The position numbers and the translations under genes were made by a program. A stretch of DNA of 64,000 nt, taken from positions 221,464,001-221,528,000 of the forward strand of contig OZ024741.1 of NCBI GenBank assembly GCA_964016885.1, read 5' to 3'. Source of the DNA: Eledone cirrhosa (taxonomy: Eukaryota). The notes under the pieces were generated by a model. That model was not told where the DNA came from. It did not search any database and saw nothing but the letters and a program-made list of their open reading frames with translations. Positions 36,001-54,000 of this stretch are shown here, piece after piece (within the stretch, counting starts at the first letter, position 1; each line of letters starts with the position of its first letter).

Positions 36001-39000
36001 TTACAGTAACAGTGACAGATACAATATATTACAGTGACAGATACAATATACTACAGTGACAGATACAATATATTACAGTGACAGATACAATATATTACAG
36101 TAACAGTGACAGATACAATATATTACAGTCACAGATACAATATATTACGATAACAGATACAATATATTACAGTGACAGATATAATATATTACATGTCAGA
36201 TACAATATATTACAGTGACAGATACAATATATTACAGTGACAGATACAATATATTACAGTGACAGAGACAGAAAAAAATATATTACAGTGACAGATACAA
36301 TATATTACTGTGACAGATACAATATATTACAGTGACAGATACAATGTATTACAGTGTCAGATACAATATATTACAGTGTCAGATACATTATATTACAGTG
36401 ACAGATACAATATATTACAGTGACAGATACAATATATTACAGTGACAGATACAATATATTACAGTGACAGATACAATATATTACAGTGTCAGATACAATA
36501 TATTTCAGTGACAGATACAATATATTACAGTGACAGATACAATATATTACAGTGACAGATACGATATATTACAGTGTCAGTTACAGATACAATATATTAC
36601 AGTGACAGATACAATATATTACAGTGTCAGATACAATATATTTCAGTGACAGATACAATATATTACAGTGACAGATACAATATATTACAGTGACAGATAC
36701 GATATATTACAGTGTCAGTTACAGATACAATATATTACAGTGACAGATACAATATATTACAGTGACAGATACAATATATTACAGTGACATATACAATATA
36801 TTACAGTGACAGATACAATAAATTACAGTGAGAGATACAATATATTACAATGACAGATACAATATATTACAGTGGCAGTGACAGGTACAATATATTACAG
36901 TGACAGATACGATATATTACAGTGACAGATAAAATATATTACAGTGACAGATACAATACATTACTGTGACAGTGACAGATACAATATATAACAGTGACAG
37001 ATACAATATATTACAGTGACAGATACAATATATTACAGTAACAGACACAATATATTACAGTGACAGATACAATATATTACAGTGACATATACAATATATT
37101 ACAGTGACAGATACAATAAATTACAGTGACAGATACAATATATTACAGTGACAGATACAATATATTACAGTGACAGATACAATATATTACAGTGACAGTG
37201 ACAGATACAATATATTACAGTGACAGATACAATATATTACAGTGACATATACAATATATTACAGTGACAGATACAATATATTACAGTGACAGATACAATA
37301 TATTACAGTGACAGATACAATATATTACAGTGACAGATACAATATATTACAGTGACATATACAATATATTACAGTGACAGATACAATATATTACAGTGAC
37401 AGATACAATATATTACAGTGACAGATACAATATATTACAGTGACAGATACAATATATTACAATGACAGATACAATATATCACAGTAACAGATACAATATA
37501 TTACAGTAACAGATACAATATATTACAGGGACAGATACAATATATTATAGTGACAGATACAATATATTACAGTGGCAGTGACAGATAGAATATATTACCA
37601 TGACGAATACAATATATTACAGTGACAGATACAATATATTACAGTGACAGATACAATATATTACAGTGACAGATACAATATATTACAGTGCCAGATACAA
37701 TATATTACAGTGACAGTGACAGATACAATATAATACAGTGACAGATACAATATAGCACAGTAACGGATACAATATATTACAGTGACAGTGACAGATACAA
37801 TATATTACAGTGACAGATACAATATATTACAGTAACAGATACAATATATTACAGTGACATATACAATATATTACAGCGTCAGATACAATATATCACAGTG
37901 ACAGATACAATATATTACAGTGACAGATACAATATATTACAGTGACAGATACAATATATTACAGTGACAGATACAATATATTACAGTAACAGTGACAGAT
38001 ACAATATATTACAGTGACAGATACAATATACTACAGTGACAGATACAATATATTACAGTGACAGATACAATATATTACAGTAACAGTGACAGATACAATA
38101 TATTACAGTCACAGATACAATATATTACGATAACAGATACAATATATTACAGTGACAGATATAATATATTACATGTCAGATACAATATATTACAGTGACA
38201 GATACAATATATTACAGTGACAGATACAATATATTACAGTGACAGAGACAGAAAACAATATATTACAGTGACAGATACAATATATTACTGTGACAGATAC
38301 AATATATTACAGTGACAGATACAATGTATTACAGTGTCAGATACAATATGTTACAGTGTCAGATACATTATATTACAGTGACAGATACAATATATTACAG
38401 TGACAGATACAATATATTACAGTGACAGATACAATATATTACAGTGACAGATACAATATATTACAGTGTCAGATACAATATATTTCAGTGACAGATACAA
38501 TATATTACAGTGACAGATACAATATATTACAGTGACAGATACGATATATTACAGTGTCAGTTACAGATACAATATATTACAGTGACAGATACAATATATT
38601 ACAGTGCCAGATACAATATATTACAGTGACAGATACGATATATTACAGTGACAGATACAATATATTACAGTGACAGATACGATATATTACAGTGTCAGTT
38701 ACAGATACAATATATTACAGTGACAGATACAATATATTACAGTGCCAGATACAATATATTACAGTGACAGATACGATATATTACAGTGACAGATACAATA
38801 TATTACAGTGACAGATACGATATATTACAGTGTCAGTTACAGATACAATATATTACAGTGACAGATACAATATATTACAGTGACAGATACAATATATTAC
38901 AGTGACAGATACAATATATTACAGTGACAGATACAATATATTACAGTGACATATACAATATATTACAGTGACAGATACAATAAATTACAGTGACAGATAC

Positions 39001-42000
39001 AATATATTACAGTGACAGGTACAATATATTACAGTGGCAGTGACAGGTACAATATATTACAGTGACAGATACGATATATTACAGTGACATATAAAATATA
39101 TTACAGTGACAGATACAATATATTACAGTGACAGATACAATATATTACAGTGACAGTGACAGATACAATATATTACAGTGACAGATACAATATATTACAG
39201 TGACAGATAGAATATATTACAGTAACAGATACAATATATTACAGTGACAGTGACAGATACAATATATTACAGTGACAGATACAATATATTACAGTGACAT
39301 ATACAATATATTACAGTGACAGATACAATATATTACAGTGACAGATACAATATATTACAGTGACAGATACAATATATTACAGTGACAGATACAATATATT
39401 ACAGTGACATATACAATATATTACAGTGACATATACAATATATTACAGTGACAGATACAATATATTACAGTGACAGATACAATATATTACAGTGACAGAT
39501 ACAATATATTACAATGACAGATACAATATATCACAGTAACAGATACAATATATTACAGTAACAGATACAATATATTACAGGGACAGATACAATATATTAT
39601 AGTGACAGATACAATATATTACAGTGGCAGTGACAGATACAATATATTACCATGACGGATACAATATATTACAGTGACAGATACAATATATTACCATGAC
39701 GGATACAATATATTACAGTGACAGATACAATATATTACAGTGACAGATACAATATATTACAGTGACAGTGACAGATACAATATATTACAGGGACAGATAC
39801 AATATATTACAGTGACAGATACAATATATTACAGTGACAGATACAATATATTACAGTGACAGTGACAGATACAATATATTGCAGTGACAGATACAATATA
39901 TTACAGTGACAGATACAATATATTACAGTGCCAGATACAATATATTACAGTGACAGTGACAGATACAATATATTACAGTAACAGTGACAGATACAATATA
40001 TTACAGTGACAGATACAATATAGCACAGTAACGGATACAATATATTACAGTGACAGTGACAGATACAATATATTACAGTGCCAGATACAATATATTACAG
40101 TAACAGATACAATATATTACAGTGACATATACAATATATTACAGTGTCAGATACAATATATCACAGTGACAGATACAATATATTACAGTGACAGATACAA
40201 TATATTACAGTGACAGATACAATATATTACAGTGACAGATACAATATATTACAGTAACAGTGACAGATACAATATATTACAGTGACAGATACAATATACT
40301 ACAGTGACAGATACAATATATTACAGTGACAGATACAATATATTACAGTAACAGTGACAGATACAATATATTACAGTCTCAGATACAATATATTACGATA
40401 ACAGATACAATATATTACAGTGACAGATATAATATATTACATGTCAGATACAATATATTACAGTGACAGATACAATATATTACAGTGACAGAGACAGAAA
40501 ACAATATATTACAGTGACAGATACAATATATTACTGTGACAGATACAATATATTACAGTGACAGATACAATGTATTACAGTGTCAGATACAATATATTAC
40601 AGTGTCAGATACATTATATTACAGTGACAGATACAATATATTACAGTGACAGATACAATATATTACAGTGACAGATACAATATATTACAGTGACAGATAC
40701 AATATATTACAGTGTCAGATACAATATATTTCAGTGACAGATACAATATATTACAGTGACAGATACAATATATTACAGTGACAGAATACAATATATTACA
40801 GTGACAGATACAATATATTACAGTGTCAGATACAATATATTACAGTGACAGATACAATATATTACAGTGTCAGATACAATATATTACAGTGACAGATACA
40901 ATATATTCCAGTGACAGATACAATATATTTCAGTGACAGATACAATATATTACAGTGAGAGATACAATATATTACATTGACATATACAATATGTTACAGT
41001 GACAGATACAATATATTACAGTGGCAGATACAATATATTACAGTGACATATACAATATATTACAGTAACAGATACAATATATTACAGTGACAGTGACAGA
41101 TACAATATATTACAGTGACAGATAAAATATATTACAGTGACAGATACAATATATTACAGTGACAGATACAATATATTACAGTGACAGATACAATATATTA
41201 CAGTGACAGATACAATATATTACAGTAACAGATACAATATATTACAGTGACAGATACAATATATTACAGTGACAGATACAATATATTACAGTGACTTATA
41301 CAATATATTACAGTGACAGATACAATATATTACAGTATCAGGTACAATATATTACAGTGACATATACAATATATTACAGTGACAGATACAATATTTTACA
41401 GTGGCAGATACAATATATTACAGTGACATATACAAAATATTACAGTGACAGATACAATATATTACAGTGGCAGTGACAGGTACAATATATTACAGTGACA
41501 GATACAATATATTACAATGACAGATAGAATATATTACTGTGACAGTGACAGATACAATATATAACAGTGACAGATACAATATATTACAGTGACAGATACA
41601 ATATATTACAGTAACAGATACAATATATTACAGTGACAGATACAATATATTACAGTGACATATACAATATATTACAGTGACAGATACAATAAATTACAGT
41701 GACAGATACAATATATTACAGTGACAGATACAATATATTACAGTGACAGATACAATATATTACAGTGACAGTGACAGATACAATATATTACAGTGACAGA
41801 TACAATATATTACAGTGACAGATAGAATATATTACAGTAACAGATACAATATATTACAGTGACAGTGACAGATACAATATATTACAGTGACAGATACAAT
41901 ATATTACAGTGACATATACAATATATTACAGTGACAGATACAATATATTACAGTGACAGATACAATATATTACAGTGACAGATACAATATATTACAGTGA

Positions 42001-45000
42001 CATATACAATATATTACAGTGACATATACAATATAATACAGTGACAGATACAATATATTACAGTAACAGATACAATATATTACAGGGACAGATACAATAT
42101 ATTATAGTGACAGATACAATATATTACAGTGGCAGTGACAGATAAAATATATTACCATGACGGATACAATATATTGCAGTGACAGATACAATATATTACA
42201 GTGACAGATACAATATATTACAGTGACAGTGACAGATACAATATATTACAGTGACAGATACAATATATTACAGTGACAGATAGAATATATTACAGTAACA
42301 GATACAATATATTACAGTGACAGTGACAGATACAATATATTACAGTGACAGATACAATATATTACAGTGACATATACAATATATTACAGTGACAGATACA
42401 ATATATTACAGTGACAGATACAATATATTACAGTGACATATACAATATATTACAGTGTCAGATACAATATATCACAGTGACAGATACAATATATTACATT
42501 GACAGATACAATATATTACAGTGACAGATACAATATATTACCTTGACAGATACAATATATTACAGTAACAGTGACAGATACAATATATTACAGTGACAGA
42601 TACAATATACTACAGTGACAGATACAATATATTACAGTGACAGATACAATATATTACAGTAACAGTGACAGATACAATATATTACAGTCACAGATACAAT
42701 ATATTACGATAACAGATACAATATATTACAGTGACAGATATAATATATTACATGTCAGATACAATATATTACAGTGACAGATACAATATATTACAGTGAC
42801 AGATACAATATATTACAGTGACAGAGACAGAAAACAATATATTACAGTGACAGATACAATATATTACTGTGACAGATACAATATATTACAGTGACAGATA
42901 CAATGTATTACAGTGTCAGATACAATATATTACAGTGTCAGATACATTATATTACAGTGACAGATACAATATATTACAGTGACAGATACAATATATTACA
43001 GTGACAGATACAATATATTACAGTGACAGATACAATATATTACAGTGCCAGATACAATATATTACAGTGACAGATACGATATATTACAGTGACAGATACA
43101 ATATATTACAGTGACAGATACGATATATTACAGTGTCAGTTACAGATACAATATATTACAGTGACAGATACAATATATTACAGTGCCAGATACAATATAT
43201 TACAGTGACAGATACGATATATTACAGTGACAGATACAATATATTACAGTGACAGATACGATATATTACAGTGTCAGTTACAGATACAATATATTACAGT
43301 GACAGTGATAGATAAAATATATTACAGTGACAGATATAATATATTACAGTGTCAGTTACAGATACAATATATTACAGTGACTGATACAATATATTACAGT
43401 GACAGATACAATATATTACAGTGACAGATACAATATATTACAGTGACAGATACAATATATTACAGTGACAGATACAATATATTACAGTGACATATACAAT
43501 ATATTACACTGACAGATACAATAAATTACAGTGACAGATACAATATATTACAGTGACAGATACAATATATTACAGTGGCAGTGACAGGTACAATATATTA
43601 CAGTGACAGATACGATATATTACAGTGACATATAAAATATATTACAGTGACAGATACAATACATTACTGTGACAGTGACAGATACAATATATAACAGTGA
43701 CAGATACAATATATTACAGTGACAGATACAATATATTACAGTAACAGACACAATATATTACAGTGACAGATACAATATATTACAGTGACATATACAATAT
43801 ATTACAGTGACAGATACAATAAATTACAGTGACAGATACAATATATTACAGTGACAGATACAATATATTACAGTGACAGATACAATATATTACAGTGACA
43901 GTGACAGATACAATATATTAGAGTGACAGATACAATATATTACAGTGACAGATAGAATATATTACAGTAACAGATACAATATATTACAGTGACAGTGACA
44001 GATACAATATATTACAGTGACAGATACAATATATTACAGTGACATATACAATATATTACAGTGACAGATACAATATATTACAGTGACAGATACAATATAT
44101 TACAGTGACAGATACAATATATTACAGTGACAGATACAATATATTACAGTGACATATACAATATATTTCAGTGACATATACAATATATTACAGTGACAGA
44201 TACAATATATTACAGTGACAGATACAATATATTACAGTGACAGATACAATATATTACAATGACAGATACAATATATCACAGTAACAGATACAATATATTA
44301 CAGTAACAGATACAATATATTACAGGGACAGATACAATATATTATAGTGACAGATACAATATATTACAGTGGCAGTGACATATACAATATATTACCATGA
44401 CGGATACAATATATTACAGTGACAGATACAATATATTACAGTGACAGATACAATATATTACAGTGACAGATACAATATATTACAGTGACAGATACAATAT
44501 ATTACAGTGACAGTGACAGATACAATATATTGCAGTGACAGATACAATATATTACAGTGACAGATACAATATATTACAGTGCCAGATACAATATATTACA
44601 GTGACAGTGACAGATACAATATATTACAGTGACAGATACAATATAGCACAGTAACGGATACAATATATTACAGTGACAGTGACAGATACAATATATTACA
44701 GTGACAGATACAATATATTACAGTAACAGATACAATATATTACAGTGACATATACAATATATTACAGTGTCAGATACAATATATCACAGTGACAGATACA
44801 ATATATTACAGTGACAGATACAATATATTACAGTGACAGATACAATATATTACAGTGACAGATACAATATATTACAGTAACAGTGACAGATACAATATAT
44901 TACAGTGACAGATACAATATACTACAGTGACAGATACAATATATTACAGTGACAGATACAATATATTACAGTAACAGTGACAGATACAATATATTACAGT

Positions 45001-48000
45001 CACAGATACAATATATTACGATAACAGATACAATATATTACAGTGACAGATATAATATATTACATGTCAGATACAATATATTACATTGACAGATACAATA
45101 TATTACAGTGACAGATACAATATATTACAGTGACAGAGACAGAAAACAATATATTACAGTGACAGATACAATATATTACTGTGACAGATACAATATATTA
45201 CAGTGACAGATACAATGTATTACAGTGTCAGATACAATATATTACAGTGTCAGATACATTATATTACAGTGACAGATACAATATATTACAGTGACAGATA
45301 CAATATATTACAGTGACAGATACAATATATTACAGTGACAGATACAATATATTACAGTGTCAGATACAATATATTTCAGTGACAGATACAATATATTACA
45401 GTGACAGATACAATATATTACAGTGACAGATACGATATATTACAGTGTCAGTTACAGATACAATTTATTACAGTGACAGATACAATATATTACAGTGCCA
45501 GATACAATATATTACAGTGACAGATACGATATATTACAGTGACAGATACAATATATTACAGTGACAGATACGATATATTACAGTGTCAGTTACAGATACA
45601 ATATATTACAGTGACAGATACAATATATTACAGTGCCAGATACAGTATATTACAGTGACAGATACGATATATTACAGTGACAGATACAATATATTACAGT
45701 GACAGATACGATATATTACAGTGTCAGTTACAGATACAATATATTACAGTGACAGTGATAGATAAAATATATTACAGTGACAGATATAATATATTACAGT
45801 GTCAGTTACAGATACAATATATTACAGTGACAGATACAATATATTACAGTGACAGATACAATATATTACAGTGACAGATACAATATATTACAGTGACAGA
45901 TACAATATATTACAGTGACAGATACAATATATTACAGTGACATATACAATATATTACAGTGACAGATACAATAAATTACAGTGACAGATACAATATATTA
46001 CAGTGACAGATACAATATATTACAGTGGCAGTGACAGGTACAATATATTACAGTGACAGATACGATATATTACAGTGACATATACAATATATTACAGTGA
46101 CAGATACAATATATTACAGTGACAGATACAATATATTACAGTGACAGATACAATATATTACAGTGACAGATACAATATATTACAGTGACATATACAATAT
46201 ATTACAGTGACATATACAATATATTACAGTGACAGATACAATATATTACAGTGACAGATACAATAAATTACAGTGACAGATACAATATATTACAGTGACA
46301 GATACAATATATTACAGTGACAGATACAATATATTACAGTGACAGTGACAGATACAATATATTACAGTGACAGATACAATATATTACAGTGACAGATAGA
46401 ATATATTACAGTAACAGATACAATATATTACAGTGACAGTGACAGATACAATATATTACAGTGACAGATACAATATATTACAGTGACATATACAATATAT
46501 TACAGTGACAGATACAATATATTACAGTGACAGATACAATATATTACAGTGACAGTGACAGATACAATATATTGCAGTGACAGATACAATATATTACAGT
46601 GACAGATACAATATATTACAGTGCCAGAAACAATATATTACAGTGACAGTGACAGATACAATATATTACAGTGACAGATACAATATATTACAGTGACATA
46701 TACAATATATTACAGTGACAGATACAATATATTACAGTGACAGATACAATATATTAAAGTGACAGATACAATATATTACAGTGACAGATACAATATATTA
46801 CAGTGACAGATACAATATATTACAGTGACAGTGACAGATACAATATATTACAGTGACAGATACAATATATTACAGTGACAGATACAATATATTACAGTGA
46901 CAGATACAATATATTAGTGACAGATACAATATATTACAGTGACATATACAATATATTACAGTGTCAGATACAATATATCACAGTGACAGATACAATATAT
47001 TACAGTGACAGATACAATATATTACAGTGACAGATACAATATATTACAGTGACAGATACAATATATTACAGTAACAGTGACAGATACAATATATTACAGT
47101 GACAGATACAATATACTACAGTGACAGATACAATATATTACAGTGACAGATACAATATATTACAGTAACAGTGACAGATACAATATATTACAGTCACAGA
47201 TACAATATATTACGATAACAGATACAATATATTACAGTGACAGATATAATATATTACATGTCAGATACAATATATTACAGTGACAGATACAATATATTAC
47301 AGTGACAGATACAATATGTTACAGTGACAGATACAATATATTACAGTGTCAGATACAATATATTTCAGTGACAGATACAATATATTACAGTGACAGATAC
47401 AATATATTACAGTGACAGATACAATATATTACAGTGACAGATACAATATATTACAGTGTCAGATACAATATATTACAGTGACAGATACAATATATTACAG
47501 TGTCAGATACAATATATTACAGTGACAGATACAATATATTCCAGTGACAGATACAATATATTACAGTGACAGATACAATATATTACAGTGAGAGATACAA
47601 TATATTACAGTGACATATACAATATATTACAGTGACAGATACAATATATTACAGTGGCAGATACAATATATTACAGTGACAGATACAATATATTAGAGTG
47701 ACAGTGACAGATACAATATATTACAGTGACAGATACAATATATTACAGTGTCAGATACAATATATTACAGTAACAGATACAATATATTACAGTGACAGTG
47801 ACAGATACAATATATTACAGTGAGAGATAAAATATATTACAGTGACAGATACAATATATTACAGTGACAGATACAATATATTACAGTGACAGATACAATA
47901 TATTACAGTGACAGATACAATATATTACAGTAACAGATACAATATATTACAGTGACAGATACAATATATTACAGTGACAGATACAATATATTACAGTGAC

Positions 48001-51000
48001 TTATACATTATATTACAGTGACAGATTCAATATATTACAGTATCAGGTACAATATATTACAGTGACAGATACAATATATTACAGTGACAGATACAATATA
48101 TTACAGTGACAGATACAATATATTACAGTGACAGATACAATATATTACAGTAACAGATACAATATATTACAGTATCAGGTACAATATATTACAGTGACAG
48201 ATACAATATATTACAGTGACAGATACAATATATTACAGTATCAGGTACAATATATTACAGTGACAGATACAATATATTACAGTGACAGATACAATATATT
48301 ACAGTATCAGGTACAATATATTACAGTGACAGATACAATATATTACAGTATCAGGTACAATATATTACAGTGACAGATACAATATATTACAGTGACAGAT
48401 ACAATATATTACAGTGACAGATACAATATATTACAGTGACTTATACAATATATTACAGTAACAGTGACAGATACAATATATTACAGTGACAGATACAATA
48501 TATTACAGTGAGAGATACAATATAATACAGTGACAGATACAATATATTACAGTATCAGGTACAATATATTACAGTGACAGATACAATATATTACAGTGAC
48601 ATATACAATATATTACAGTGACAGATACAATATATTACAGTGACAGATATAATATATTACAGTGACAGAGACAGATACAATATATTACAGTGACAGATAC
48701 AATATATTACAGTGACAGTGACAGATACAATATATTACAGTGACACATACAATATATTACAGTGACAGTGACAGGTACAATATATTACAGTGACAGATAC
48801 AATATATTACTGTGACAGATACAATATATTACAGTGACAGATACAATATATTACAGTGACAAATACAATATATTACAGTGACAGATACAATATATTACAG
48901 TGACAGATACAATATATTACAGTGACAGATACAATATATTACAGTGACAGATACAATATATTACAGTGACAGTGACAGATACAATATATTACAGTGACAC
49001 ATACAATATATTACAGTGACAGATACAATATATTACAGTGACAGATACAATATATTACAATGACAGATACAATATATTACAGTGACAGTGACAGATACAA
49101 TATATTACAGTGACAGATACAATATATTACAGTGACAGTGACAGATACAATATATTACAGTGACAGATACAATATATTACAGTGATAGTGACAGATACAA
49201 TATATTACAGTGACAGATACAATATATTACAGTGACAGATACAATATATTACAGTGACAGATACAATATATTACAGTGACAGATACAATATATTACAGTG
49301 ACAGTGACAGATACAATATATTACAGTGACAGTGACAGATACAATATATTACAGTGACAGATACAATATATTACAGTGACAGATACAATATATTACAATG
49401 ACAGATACAATATATTACAGTGACACATACAATATATTACAGTGACAGATACAATATATTACAATAACAGTGACAGATACAATATATTACAGTGTCAGAT
49501 ACAATATATTACAGTGACAGATACAATATATTACAATGACAGATACAATATATTACAGTGACACATACAATATATTACAGTGACAGATACAATATATTAC
49601 AGTGACAGATACAATATATTACAGTGACAGATACAATATATTACAGTGACACATACAATATATTACAGTGACAGATACAATATATTACAGTGACAGATAC
49701 AATATATTACAATGACAGATACAATATATTACAGTGACAGTGACAGATACAATATATTACAGTGACAGATACAATATATTACAGTGACAGTGACAGATAC
49801 AATATATTACAGTGACAGATACAATATATTACAGTGACAGTGACAGATACAATATATTACAGTGACAGATACAATATATTACAGTGAGAGATACAATATA
49901 TTACAGTGACAGTGACAGATACAATATATTACAGTGACAGATACAATATATTACAGTGACAGATACAATATATTACAGTGACAGATACAATATATTACAG
50001 TGTCAGATACAATATATTTCAGTGACAGATACAATATATTACAGTGACAGATACAATATATTACAGTGACAGATACAATATATTACAGTGACAGATACAA
50101 TATATTACAGTGTCAGATACAATATATTACAGTGACAGATACAATATATTACAGTGTCAGATACAATATATTACAGTGACAGATACAATATATTCCAGTG
50201 ACAGATACAATATATTTCAGTGACAGATACAATATATTACAGTGAGAGATACAATATATTACATTGACATATACAATATATTACAGTGACAGATACAATA
50301 TATTACAGTGGCAGATACAATATATTACAGTGACATATACAATATATTACAGTAACAGATACAATATATTACAGTGACAGTGACAGATACAATATATTAC
50401 AGTGACAGATAAAATATATTACAGTGACAGATACAATATATTACAGTGACAGATACAATATATTACAGTGACAGATACAATATATTACAGTGACAGATAC
50501 AATATATTACACTAACAGATACAATATATTACAGTGACAGATACAATATATTACAGTGACAGATACAATATATTACAGTGACTTATACAATATATTACAG
50601 TGACAGATACAATATATTACAGTATCAGGTACAATATATTACAGTGACATATACAATATATTACAGTGAGAGATACAATATTTTACAGTGGCAGATACAA
50701 TATATTACAGTGACATATACAAAATATTACAGTGACAGATACAATATATTACAGTGGCAGTGACAGGTACAATATATTACAGTGACAGATACAATATATT
50801 ACAATGACAGATAGAATATATTACTGTGACAGTGACAGATACAATATATAACAGTGACAGATACAATATATTACAGTGACAGATACAATATATTACAGTA
50901 ACAGATACAATATATTACAGTGACAGATACAATATATTACAGTGACATATACAATATATTACAGTGACAGATACAATAAATTACAGTGACAGATACAATA

Positions 51001-54000
51001 TATTACAGTGAGAGATACAATATATTACAGTGACAGATACAATATATTACAGTGACAGTGACAGATACAATATATTACAGTGACAGATACAATATATTAC
51101 AGTGACAGATAGAATATATTACAGTAACAGATACAATATATTACAGTGACAGTGACAGATACAATATATTACAGTGACAGATACAATATATTACAGTGAC
51201 ATATACAATATATTACAGTGACAGATACAATATATTACAGTGACAGATACAATATATTACAGTGACAGATACAATATATTACAGTGACATATACAATATA
51301 TTACAGTGACATATACAATATAATACAGTGACAGATACAATATATTACAGTAACAGATACAATATATTACAGGGACAGATACAATATATTATAGTGACAG
51401 ATACAATATATTACAGTGGCAGTGACAGATAAAATATATTACCATGACGGATACAATATATTGCAGTGACAGATACAATATATTACAGTGACAGATACAA
51501 TATATTACAGTGACAGTGACAGATACAATATATTACAGTGACAGATACAATATATTACAGTGACAGATAGAATATATTACAGTAACAGATACAATATATT
51601 ACAGTGACAGTGACAGATACAATATATTACAGTGACAGTGATAGATAAAATATATTACAGTGACAGATATAATATATTACAGTGTCAGTTACAGATACAA
51701 TATAATACAGTGACAGATACAATATATTACAGTGACAGATACAATATATTACAGTGACAGATACAATATATTACAGTGACAGATACAATATATTACAGTG
51801 ACAGATACAATATATTACAGTGACATATACAATATATTACAGTGACAGATACAATAAATTACAGTGACAGATACAATATATTACAGTGACAGATACAATA
51901 TATTACAGTGGCAGTGACAGGTACAATATATTACAGTGACAGATACGATATATTACAGTGACATATACAATATATTACAGTGACAGATACAATATATTAC
52001 AGTGACAGATACAATATATTACAGTGACAGATACAATATATTACAGTGACAGATACAATATATTACAGTGACATATACAATATATTACAGTGACATATAC
52101 AATATATTACAGTGACAGATACAATATATTACAGTGACAGATACAATAAATTACAGTGACAGATACAATATATTACAGTGACAGATACAATATATTACAG
52201 TGACAGATACAATATATTACAGTGACAGTGACAGATACAATATATTACAGTGACATATACAATATATTACAGTGACAGATACAATATATTACAGTGACAG
52301 ATACAATATATTAAAGTGACAGATACAATATATTACAGTGACAGATACAATATATTACAGTGACAGATACAATATATTACAGTGACAGTGACAGATACAA
52401 TATATTACAGTGACAGATACAATATATTACAGTGACAGATACAATATATTACAGTGACAGATACAATATATTAGTGACAGATACAATATATTACAGTGAC
52501 ATATACAATATATTACAGTGTCAGATACAATATATCACAGTGACAGATACAATATATTACAGTGACAGATACAATATATTACAGTGACAGATACAATATA
52601 TTACAGTGACAGATACAATATATTACAGTAACAGTGACAGATACAATATATTACAGTGACAGATACAATATACTACAGTGACAGATACAATATATTACAG
52701 TGACAGATACAATATATTACAGTAACAGTGACAGATACAATATATTACAGTCACAGATACAATATATTACGATAACAGATACAATATATTACAGTGACAG
52801 ATATAATATATTACATGTCAGATACAATATATTACAGTGACAGATACAATATATTACAGTGACAGATACAATATGTTACAGTGACAGATACAATATATTA
52901 CAGTGTCAGATACAATATATTTCAGTGACAGATACAATATATTACAGTGACAGATACAATATATTACAGTGTCAGATACAATATATTACAGTGACAGATA
53001 CAATATATTACAGTGTCAGATACAATATATTACAGTGACAGATACAATATATTCCAGTGACAGATACAATATATTACAGTGACAGATACAATATATTACA
53101 GTGAGAGATACAATATATTACAGTGACATATACAATATATTACAGTGACAGATACAATATATTACAGTGGCAGATACAATATATTACAGTGACAGATACA
53201 ATATATTACAGTGACAGTGACAGATACAATATATTACAGTGACAGATACAATATATTACAGTGTCAGATACAATATATTACAGTAACAGATACAATATAT
53301 TACAGTGACAGTGACAGATACAATATATTACAGTGAGAGATAAAATATATTACAGTGACAGATACAATATATTACAGTGACAGATACAATATATTACAGT
53401 GACAGATACAATATATTACAGTGACAGATACAATATATTACAGTGACTTATACATTATATTACAGTGACAGATTCAATATATTACAGTATCAGGTACAAT
53501 ATATTACAGTGACAGATACAATATATTACAGTGACAGATACAATATATTACAGTGACAGATACAATATATTACAGTGACAGATACAATATATTACAGTAA
53601 CAGATACAATATATTACAGTATCAGGTACAATATATTACAGTGACAGATACAATATATTACAGTGACAGATACAATATATTACAGTATCAGGTACAATAT
53701 ATTACAGTGACAGATACAATATATTACAGTGACAGATACAATATATTACAGTATCAGGTACAATATATTACAGTGACAGATACAATATATTACAGTATCA
53801 GGTACAATATATTACAGTGACAGATACAATATATTACAGTGACAGATACAATATATTACAGTGACAGATACAATATATTACAGTGACTTATACAATATAT
53901 TACAGTAACAGTGACAGATACAATATATTACAGTGACAGATACAATATATTACAGTGAGAGATACAATATATTACAGTGACAGATACAATATATTACAGT

